Assembly (NCBI GenBank): GCA_964346435.1
Contig: CAYFUV010000010.1
Span: 1-63,786 of the forward strand
DNA: 63,786 nt
Direction: 5' to 3'
Origin: an uncultured Candidatus Bathyarchaeia archaeon
GTDB lineage: Archaea > Thermoproteota > Bathyarchaeia > 40CM-2-53-6 > RBG-13-38-9
Part shown: positions 53,991 to 61,507 of the stretch, piece after piece
How positions within the stretch are numbered: the first letter of the stretch is position 1
Layout of the letters: each line of letters begins with the position of its first letter
Made by a program: the position numbers and the translations under genes
The notes under the pieces: generated by a model
The model's input: only the letters and a program-made list of their open reading frames with translations
Databases searched by the model: none
What the model was told of the DNA's origin: nothing

Positions 53991-55232
53991 TTGAAAAATC
54001 CAAATGGCAAGTACCAAAGAAAATTAATATTGGGCATAGATCCTGGCACAACATGCGGACTCGCAATTATCGATTTAAACGCTCAACCTCTAATCTTGAT
54101 AAGCAAGAAAGCAATTTCAATGAATGAAATAATTCATGAAGGTTCTAGACTCGGTAAACCGATATTAGTTGCTTCTGACGTTAGTCCAATGCCTGAATTC
54201 GTTAAGAAAATTGCCTCTAAGTTAAGCGCATCAATTTTTACGCCTAAAGTATCTATGAGGGTAATTAAAAAACGTGAATTAGTTCAAAAGTATTTATCGA
54301 ATCAGAAAATCCGACTCAAAGATATTCATAAGATTGATGCATTGGCAGCTGCACTTAAAGCTCACAGTTATTACAAGAATAAGTTTGATCAAATTGACGC
54401 TCTTAGAAGGCATATTCGTACTTCTAAAATCGATTTAGATGAAATAAAAAGCTGCGTTGTTAAGGGAATTCAAATAAAAAAAGCATTAGAATCCTTTGAA
54501 AATAAAAAGAAAATTGAAAAGATAGTCAAGTCTCCTTCCAAAGAATTAACGTTAATTAAGAAATCTGGCAAAAAAGCTATCGAGCAGAGTAAAAAAATCA
54601 AAAGATTGAAGATAGAAAATAGAAATTTGCATGAAGAAATCAAAAGGCTAAAATCAGAAATTTCTAAGTTGAATGAACTTTTCGAGAAGGAAAATAAGGA
54701 ATTCGAATTTGAAGTGAGAAAAGATAGAATCATTCAATTACAAAAGAGGGAAATAAGAACTTTACGCATGCAGCTAAGGAAATCAAAAATAGTAAAACAA
54801 ACAAAAAAGGCAAAAAGAATCGGAGAAATTAAAAAACTCGTTGCTGAAGGCGAAATGATTTTCCTAAAACCGATTGAAAAATTCACGTTCGAGTATGTTA
54901 GTCGCGCAATAAATGAATTCAATATAAAGGATGGAGACATTCCAGTTTTACTTGATGCGAGTGGCGGCGGGGGCTCGGCAGCATTGAATTTGGTCGAAGT
55001 GGGCATTAAAGCAGTAATCGCTAGTACTCCAATGTCTCATCAAGCTGAAGATAAATTCATCGAAAATAATGTACCTATACTGCATTGCAAAGAAGTTAGA
55101 ATGGAATGGATAGATAAGAATCCTTATGTCGATGTGAAGGAAATCGATAGAGCTATAAAAGAGGCAAAAGCGAAATTATTAAGTAAGAAAAGAACTGACA
55201 TAGAATCTCTTTCATTAGGATCTGATAATTAA
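53991..55232 (+). CDS. DUF460-like protein: RNase H-fold N-domain + Lys-rich coiled coil + C-terminal domain
   Basis: LGIDPGTTCGLAIIDL (RuvC/YqgF-like first strand), long KxxK/E heptad region, C-terminal GGGGSAALNLVEVGIKAVIAS; TTG start. Confidence 0.6.
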   Translation: MKNPNGKYQRKLILGIDPGTTCGLAIIDLNAQPLILISKKAISMNEIIHEGSRLGKPILVASDVSPMPEFVKKIASKLSASIFTPKVSMRVIKKRELVQKYLSNQKIRLKDIHKIDALAAALKAHSYYKNKFDQIDALRRHIRTSKIDLDEIKSCVVKGIQIKKALESFENKKKIEKIVKSPSKELTLIKKSGKKAIEQSKKIKRLKIENRNLHEEIKRLKSEISKLNELFEKENKEFEFEVRKDRIIQLQKREIRTLRMQLRKSKIVKQTKKAKRIGEIKKLVAEGEMIFLKPIEKFTFEYVSRAINEFNIKDGDIPVLLDASGGGGSAALNLVEVGIKAVIASTPMSHQAEDKFIENNVPILHCKEVRMEWIDKNPYVDVKEIDRAIKEAKAKLLSKKRTDIESLSLGSDN

Positions 55233-55250
55233 TGAACGTATAAATAATGG

Positions 55251-55490
55251 CTATTCTTTAGGACTGTCAATACATATATATAGAACGTTATTTCCACGGA
55301 CGATTACACAGCCAAAATTTGTAGTAGGTTCATTGCCTTTATATTCAGTAGCTCCTTCCAATATAATATTCATATGGCCATCGCAGTCAATTATCTTTCC
55401 TTTATACTCAATGTTATTCTTTAACTTCACTGTAACCCCTTGATTCATTTTCTTCATTAGTAGATTAAGCGGTTTTTTTGATGGTTCCAA
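55251..55490 (-). CDS. Sm-like (LSm/SmAP) protein
   Basis: 79 aa; Sm1 VTVKLKNNIEYKGKIIDCDGHMNIIL and Sm2 VIVRGNNVLYI. Confidence 0.85.
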   Translation of the reverse strand: MEPSKKPLNLLMKKMNQGVTVKLKNNIEYKGKIIDCDGHMNIILEGATEYKGNEPTTNFGCVIVRGNNVLYICIDSPKE

Positions 55491-55592
55491 GTTGATCCCT
55501 TAATTTTTCCACTTAAGTTCCTTATTAATATAAAAGCCTTTTTCTTCTTTTCTTGACCATTCAGTTTTTTTACTTTAGAGAAAGATTGAAAT

Positions 55593-56225
55593 CTATCTAA
55601 GCGTTTTCAGAGGAATGTACCAAAACCTTGGTTTGTTTGGCATAATATGCTGTGTTGTTTTTGGAGGAAATTTCTCACCAGATAAAGCTTTGTCGATAAC
55701 TTCTTTCTTTGTTAAAGATCCAAATATAAGGGCGCCAGCTATTCTTCCTCGAAAAGCAAGGTTCTTGGCAATTTTACTAGTGAAAGCGTATTCAATTCTA
55801 AAATTTCCAACAAGTGCTTTCATAATGTTTTCTCTTCCCCCTTTCAATGAATAAATTCTATTCTTTACTATTAATTTTCCATGAGACGATGGATTGGTCA
55901 TCGATTCTAGATTATTAATCTTGCCCTCGACTATTTTCATCAATTTTTTCCTAGATCCTAGGATCATTGGATACCAAGTTCTAACTTTAATTTCATCATC
56001 GCTCAAATAATTAACGTATTGTAATGCAACCTTAGAAAACCCCAAAATTCTTAGCGCGTTTAACCTGTGATGCCCATCTATGACTACTAGAGTTTTTTTA
56101 TCTACTATTATAGGATCTTTCTGGAAATTATCCTTTAGAAGTAAGATCTTAATTTCTTCTAATCGATGGGGATCTATTTGTTCATGCTCTTTGAGCCTAT
56201 TGATTTTCTCAAACATGGACATCAC
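55593..56225 (-). CDS. ParB/sulfiredoxin-fold domain protein (DGHHR motif)
   Basis: PIIVDKKTLVVIDGHHRLNALRILG; 210 aa. Confidence 0.6.
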   Translation of the reverse strand: MMSMFEKINRLKEHEQIDPHRLEEIKILLLKDNFQKDPIIVDKKTLVVIDGHHRLNALRILGFSKVALQYVNYLSDDEIKVRTWYPMILGSRKKLMKIVEGKINNLESMTNPSSHGKLIVKNRIYSLKGGRENIMKALVGNFRIEYAFTSKIAKNLAFRGRIAGALIFGSLTKKEVIDKALSGEKFPPKTTQHIMPNKPRFWYIPLKTLR

Positions 56226-56458
56226 ATGTTTGCATTCATGTCATAATTCTAGAATTGAGCCAGTTGGCTTTGCTAATTTTATTATCAAAATAAAGCATCT
56301 TTAACCATTCAATTAGGTTATTTGAATCTGTTTCTATAAATTTGTTCACTAATGAAAATAGAAATTTGATTTCGTTAGATTTTGTTATAAAAAAATTGAA
56401 GCGCCAAAATTAGATAATTTTATATGTGGATGATCGCTTAGAATAGAAAAAGATTTCA

Positions 56459-56470
56459 CGCGCTAGCGCG
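56459..56470. promoter_or_regulatory. perfect 12-bp palindrome CGCGCTAGCGCG upstream of ABC ATPase copy 1
   Basis: Read directly; the only GC-rich island in a 280-nt AT-rich spacer, 45 nt before the ATG at 56515. Confidence 0.35.
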
Positions 56471-56514
56471 CTTGGGTTTAACTATCTGAATATTTACAAA
56501 AAGGTGTGGTGTGT

Positions 56515-57618
56515 ATGGAACATTTAGGCAAAAGTCTACGTCTGGTGAATCTGAGAAAGGAATTTGGCGATCTTGTAGCTGTTAACGATCTCAATTTAGA
56601 GATTAAGAGTGGGGAATTCTCTAGTTTGCTGGGGCCATCAGGATGTGGAAAAACTACGACACTTAACATGATTGCAGGCCTCCTTACTCCAACTAGTGGT
56701 AAAATTTACGTGGGTGATGCTGACATAACTGAGCTCCCCCCATTGGCTAGAAATGTTGGTTTAGTTTTTCAGAACTATGCAGTTTTCGGACACATGTCAG
56801 TTTATGATAACCTAGCTTTTGGATTGAAAGTGCGTAAACTTTCTCCAGACGAGATTAAAGGCGAGATAACCAAAGTGGCAGAGTTGCTAGAATTGACACC
56901 GATTCTAAATAAGAAGGCAGGAGGACTCAGATTAGACGAAATGCAAAGGACGGCTCTTGGAAGATCCATGATCACCAAACCAGCCTTCTTCTTATTAGAC
57001 GAGCCACTAAGTAATCTTGATGCTACGTTGAGATCTTTCATGAGGGTTGAGTTGAAGAGGATACAGAGAGAATTAAACCAAACGATACTCTACGTAACTC
57101 ATGACCAAATTGAGGCGATGTCGATGGCTGACCGAATAGCTGTGATGAACCTAGGAAGGCTACAGCAATATGGTACTAGGAGCGAAGTATACGATAATCC
57201 AGCGAATAAATTCGTATCTAATTTCATTGGGAGTCCATCGATGAACTTTATAGATTGCAGTCTTCTTGAAAAAGGCGGAAAAGCCTTCTTGGATACTGGA
57301 GAGTTCCAGATAGATATAACAAAACTAAAAGGAACAATAAAGAAGGACGCGACTAGTTCAAAATTAATAATCGGAATTAGGCCTGAGGATGTCCAAATAG
57401 ATACAAAACCAAAATCAAAGAGTTCTATTAAGACTAAGGTCTATCTAGTAGAGCCGATCGGTGCAAAGACGATCGTAAGTGTAAGAGTCGGCAACATTAT
57501 GGTCAAGGCTATTGGTCCAGGGACCTTTAGACCTAAATTAGATGAAACAGCGTATATGGATTTCGATATGAAGAAAATACATGTAATAGATGGAAAAACT
57601 GAGAATACAATATTTTAG
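56515..57618 (+). CDS. MalK/UgpC-type sugar ABC transporter ATP-binding protein, copy 1
   Basis: GPSGCGKTT, Q-loop FQNYA, Walker B FLLDEP, C-terminal TOBE-like domain. ATG at 56515 preferred over GTG at 56506. Confidence 0.9.
   Translation: MEHLGKSLRLVNLRKEFGDLVAVNDLNLEIKSGEFSSLLGPSGCGKTTTLNMIAGLLTPTSGKIYVGDADITELPPLARNVGLVFQNYAVFGHMSVYDNLAFGLKVRKLSPDEIKGEITKVAELLELTPILNKKAGGLRLDEMQRTALGRSMITKPAFFLLDEPLSNLDATLRSFMRVELKRIQRELNQTILYVTHDQIEAMSMADRIAVMNLGRLQQYGTRSEVYDNPANKFVSNFIGSPSMNFIDCSLLEKGGKAFLDTGEFQIDITKLKGTIKKDATSSKLIIGIRPEDVQIDTKPKSKSSIKTKVYLVEPIGAKTIVSVRVGNIMVKAIGPGTFRPKLDETAYMDFDMKKIHVIDGKTENTIF
57235..57346 (+). repeat. 112-nt tract 100% identical to 58339-58450 (copy A)
   Basis: Base-by-base comparison of both tracts; the flanks are only about 60-65% identical. 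Confidence 0.95.
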
Positions 57619-57630
57619 TGTGATTTTTTA

Positions 57631-58719
57631 ATGCCTGCTGTTAAAATAGAAAATCTGTCTAAGAAGTTCGGTAAAGAGGTTGCTGTTAAAAATCTAAAAT
57701 TTGACGTTAAAGACAAAGAATTCTTTACTTTACTAGGACGACCAGGGGCAGGGAAGACCACTACGCTAAGACTGATTGCAGGCCTTGAAAAACCTGACGA
57801 AGGCGATATAATCATTAGAAATAAGAAAGTTACTGATTTGTTGCCCAGCGATAGAGACGTCGCTATGATATTCCAAAACTTGGCTCTTTATCCAGGATGG
57901 AGTATTTTCGATAATTGGGCATTCACGTTAAAAATACACAAAATGCCAAAAGACCAAATTGAAAAAAGGGTTAACGAAGTTGCAAAGACTTTAAGGATAA
58001 CCTATCTAATGCATAGGAGACCAGCAACGCTTAGCGGTGGAGAGCGCCAAAGAGCAGCCATAGGAAGAGCTTTGGTAAGGCGTCCCCAAGTTTTCCTGAT
58101 GGATGAACCTCTAAGTAACTTGGACGCCCTATTGAGGGTAGAAATGAGATCCGAACTTAAAAGACTACAAAGTGAACTAGGCCAAACTATTATATATTGT
58201 ACACCTGATCAACTCGAAGCCATGAGTATGGCTAACCGCATAGCTCTTATGCAAAATGGCGAGGTTCAACAAATAGGCAATCCTGACACTGTTTATGAAA
58301 AACCAATGAACAGATTTGTTGCCAGCTTCATCGGAAGCCCATCGATGAACTTTATAGATTGCAGTCTTCTTGAAAAAGGCGGAAAAGCCTTCTTGGATAC
58401 TGGAGAGTTCCAGATAGATATAACAAAACTAAAAGGAACAATAAAGAAGGGTGCAACAGGCTCAGAACTAATCATTGGAATAAGGCCCGAACACATAAAG
58501 GTCGATCGTGGAAAGCTGAATAAAGACGCATTTGAAGCGAACGTTATAATGGCGGAACCATTAGGAAACGAGACAATACTTCACTTAAGAAGAAAACATG
58601 CTTTTAATGCTATAGTCCCTCCAACATTCAATGCAAAATTCGGAGATAAAGTAAACGTCCTATTCGATAAAGACAGATTATATGTACTAGACAGAAAAAC
58701 TGAAAAAGTAATCGTTTAA
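57631..58719 (+). CDS. MalK/UgpC-type sugar ABC transporter ATP-binding protein, copy 2
   Basis: GRPGAGKTT, LSGGERQR, FLMDEP, C-terminal TOBE-like domain. Confidence 0.9.
   Translation: MPAVKIENLSKKFGKEVAVKNLKFDVKDKEFFTLLGRPGAGKTTTLRLIAGLEKPDEGDIIIRNKKVTDLLPSDRDVAMIFQNLALYPGWSIFDNWAFTLKIHKMPKDQIEKRVNEVAKTLRITYLMHRRPATLSGGERQRAAIGRALVRRPQVFLMDEPLSNLDALLRVEMRSELKRLQSELGQTIIYCTPDQLEAMSMANRIALMQNGEVQQIGNPDTVYEKPMNRFVASFIGSPSMNFIDCSLLEKGGKAFLDTGEFQIDITKLKGTIKKGATGSELIIGIRPEHIKVDRGKLNKDAFEANVIMAEPLGNETILHLRRKHAFNAIVPPTFNAKFGDKVNVLFDKDRLYVLDRKTEKVIV
58339..58450 (+). repeat. 112-nt tract 100% identical to 57235-57346 (copy B)
   Basis: As for copy A; encodes PSMNFIDCSLLEKGGKAFLDTGEFQIDITKLKGTIKK in both genes. 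Confidence 0.95.
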
Positions 58720-58780
58720 GGCTGGCTTCACACCACATTTTTTAAAAAACATATATAGTTACAACGTGCGCTAAATTTTT

Positions 58781-59551
58781 TTAAATTAAAAGACTTGCAC
58801 CATTAATATCTATCGTTGCACCATTTATATAGGACGAACTATCTGAAGCTAGGAAGAGAACTAGATCAGCAACTTCTTCGGGTTTACCAAGTCTGGCCAT
58901 TGGTATATCTTTCAAATGTTTCTTTAACTCATCTTTAGAGGTCATCTCTTGAACCATAGGAGTATCGATTAATCCAGGGCATATGCTGTTCACGTTTATA
59001 TTATATGGAGCAGCCTCTCTAGCCAAATGTCTTGTCAATCCGAGTACTGCTGCTTTAGATGTAGTATAATGGGCGCCCCCCAATTCACTAGTACTTCTTC
59101 CAGCTGAAGAAGCTGTATTTACAATCTTACCACTCCTTTGCTTTTTCATATATTTTAAAACTGCCTTAGAACAATTGAATACTCCTTTTACATTCACCCT
59201 CATAACTAGATCCCACTCCGCATCTTCAATTTCCTCGATTGAACTTCTGCGACGAAGAATGCCCGCATTATTTACTAGAATATCTATGCTCTTGTAATTT
59301 GAGAATACCTCATTCACCATCTCTTCCACTTGTGAATAATCACCGACATCAACTATGTAGCCAGTTATTTTCACATTGAACTTTTTAATTTCCTCGGCAA
59401 CTTTTTCCATCATCTTTTCATCAACATCATTAATTATTACATGAGCTCTACAGGCAGCTAACTTTTTGGCGACCTCTTCGCCCATACCTCTCCCAGCTCC
59501 TGTTACTATAGCAACTTTACCTTTCAGATCATAATACGAATGTATCAACAA
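58781..59551 (-). CDS. short-chain dehydrogenase/reductase (FabG / glucose-1-dehydrogenase-like)
   Basis: TGAGRGMG, NNAG, YTTSK catalytic tetrad region. Confidence 0.9.
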   Translation of the reverse strand: MLIHSYYDLKGKVAIVTGAGRGMGEEVAKKLAACRAHVIINDVDEKMMEKVAEEIKKFNVKITGYIVDVGDYSQVEEMVNEVFSNYKSIDILVNNAGILRRRSSIEEIEDAEWDLVMRVNVKGVFNCSKAVLKYMKKQRSGKIVNTASSAGRSTSELGGAHYTTSKAAVLGLTRHLAREAAPYNINVNSICPGLIDTPMVQEMTSKDELKKHLKDIPMARLGKPEEVADLVLFLASDSSSYINGATIDINGASLLI

Positions 59552-59788
59552 TTACACCTCATTATTACCATATTTTGAAACTCTTTTTCTATAAGAATCG
59601 ATTCGTTTAATGTGCAATATCTTGCGCACTTAGAATTCTATGGCATGTATTTTAAATTTCTTACGTCAAAGATGATGATTTCATAATTACATCTTGGTGT
59701 TTTTTCCATTTCATTTATTAGCCTAAAGAGCAAATCTTATCCATTAAGGAAAATTGACAATTAATCCGACTATAAATAGAAGCTTTGT

Positions 59789-59799
59789 TATAGCGTGCG
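59789..59799 (+). promoter_or_regulatory. TATAGCGTGCG element upstream of radA
   Basis: See the partner at 10466-10476. Confidence 0.4.
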
Positions 59800-59819
59800 C
59801 TTATAAGATGTGAAAATAC

Positions 59820-60791
59820 TTGGCGGAGGAAAAGAAAAGGATCGAATATGTTGAAGACCTAGAAGGAATAGGTGCATCGGCTGCAGATAAATTAAGAGAA
59901 CTTGGATTTCATACATTGGAATCATTGGCCACTGCCACAGTAAAGGAGTTGTTGCCCGCCGGTATAAGTGAAAAACAAGCAACAAAAATAATCTCGCAAG
60001 CTAGAGATTCAATAACAATAGAATTCACTAGTGCAAACGAATTAATGAGAATCAAAGAAAAAGTCCAGCGCTTATCCTTAGGGAGCAGGATGTTGGACGA
60101 ACTTTTGGGAGGAGGTCTAGAAACTCAAACCATTACTGAATTTTATGGTCCTTATGGAGTAGGAAAATCTATTTTATGCCATCAACTTTCAGTCAACGCT
60201 CAACGCCCAATAGAGGAAGGTGGGCTTGAAGGTGGTACGCTTTATATAGATACAGAACAAACCTTCAGGCCAGAATGGATAATCAGAATGGCAAAAAATT
60301 TGAATATGGAACCTGAAGAAACCGCAAAAAAGATCATTTATTGCGAGGCTTATAATAGCGACCACCAAATTCTACTTTTAGAGAAATGTGATGAAGTAAT
60401 AAAAAAGAACAACATACGGATAATGGTCATAGATTCTTTAACGTCCCATTTTAGAAGTGATTACTTAGGAAGAGAGATGTTGGCTGAACGACAACAGAAG
60501 CTTAATAAACACATGCACCGCCTTGCAAGATTGGCGAGGGCTTTTAATGCTGTGGCTGTAGTTACGAATCAAGTTTTGGCTAAACCTGATCAATTCTTCT
60601 CATTTGCTGTTGAAGCCGCAGGAGGTCATATAGTTGCTCATACAAGTCATACAAGGGTATTTCTTAGAAGAACAGCAAGTGGCCCAACAAGAATCGCAAG
60701 ACTTGTATCTAGCCCATACTTGCCCGAGGGAGAAAGGTTATTTAGAATAACTGAGAACGGTATAGAAGATGTAGAGACCCAAGAGGATTAA
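59820..60791 (+). CDS. radA: DNA repair and recombination protein RadA
   Basis: HhH N-domain EDLEGIGASAADKLRELGF, Walker A GPYGVGKS, Walker B MVIDSL; TTG start preceded by an in-frame stop. Confidence 0.95.
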   Translation: MAEEKKRIEYVEDLEGIGASAADKLRELGFHTLESLATATVKELLPAGISEKQATKIISQARDSITIEFTSANELMRIKEKVQRLSLGSRMLDELLGGGLETQTITEFYGPYGVGKSILCHQLSVNAQRPIEEGGLEGGTLYIDTEQTFRPEWIIRMAKNLNMEPEETAKKIIYCEAYNSDHQILLLEKCDEVIKKNNIRIMVIDSLTSHFRSDYLGREMLAERQQKLNKHMHRLARLARAFNAVAVVTNQVLAKPDQFFSFAVEAAGGHIVAHTSHTRVFLRRTASGPTRIARLVSSPYLPEGERLFRITENGIEDVETQED

Positions 60792-60824
60792 TAAACATAC
60801 GTTAAATAGAAGGCATATCTAAAA

Positions 60825-61187
60825 ATGGACGATACATTCAAAAAATTTTTTGAATCCATTTTTTACAGAAGGATAAAAGAAAGTGAAAAAAATTTGGAAG
60901 AAATTATGTCAGGAGAGAAAATAGACTCCAAAAAGGAAGAAGGATATTTGAAAGCTTTAGAGGGTCTGCTACTAACAATAAAATCCAATGATGATAAATA
61001 TCTTTACTTTTCGAAAACATCGTTTAATCCAAATGCCTTGAAGACATTGAGAAAGGAATTTAAGGAACATGTTGAAAGTTCTTTACACTCGGATTATGAC
61101 AGAGGATACTTCTCGGCTTTGTTAGATTATTTAAAGATTATTGGAAAAATCGAGCCATGGAAAAATCAAAAGGGAGTTGATGTTTAG
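60825..61187 (+). CDS. hypothetical protein (120 aa, helical)
   Basis: ORF only; no family recognised. Confidence 0.4.
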   Translation: MDDTFKKFFESIFYRRIKESEKNLEEIMSGEKIDSKKEEGYLKALEGLLLTIKSNDDKYLYFSKTSFNPNALKTLRKEFKEHVESSLHSDYDRGYFSALLDYLKIIGKIEPWKNQKGVDV

Positions 61188-61507
61188 CTACTTGCTAGAG
61201 TGTAGAGCAATATCCACAATGCTGCCCAAGTGAATATAAAGGTTCCTAGGCCTAAGGTTACGATTTTGTGTTTACCTTTTAATTCTTTTTCCCCATATCT
61301 TAACCCATTCTTTAATATAACGTAAGAAATTATGTAGAGGATGATTGCCGTAAAGATTCCATCGTTTCCATTTAAATTTAGAGTATAACAAATGAATGCT
61401 GCTATTATCCCAAGGACAAATCTTGACCAATAGACTATGCTAGATGGTCCAATAATTGGGCGATTCAAATTGAAAGAGATAATGTTGAATTTTGACATAG
61501 CCGCCAT
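61184..61507 (-). CDS. small membrane protein (3 TM)
   Basis: ORF 61184-61555. I prefer the internal Met (MAAMSKFN) at 61507, which still overlaps the opposing NFACT 5' end. Confidence 0.4.
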   Translation of the reverse strand: MAAMSKFNIISFNLNRPIIGPSSIVYWSRFVLGIIAAFICYTLNLNGNDGIFTAIILYIISYVILKNGLRYGEKELKGKHKIVTLGLGTFIFTWAALWILLYTLASS

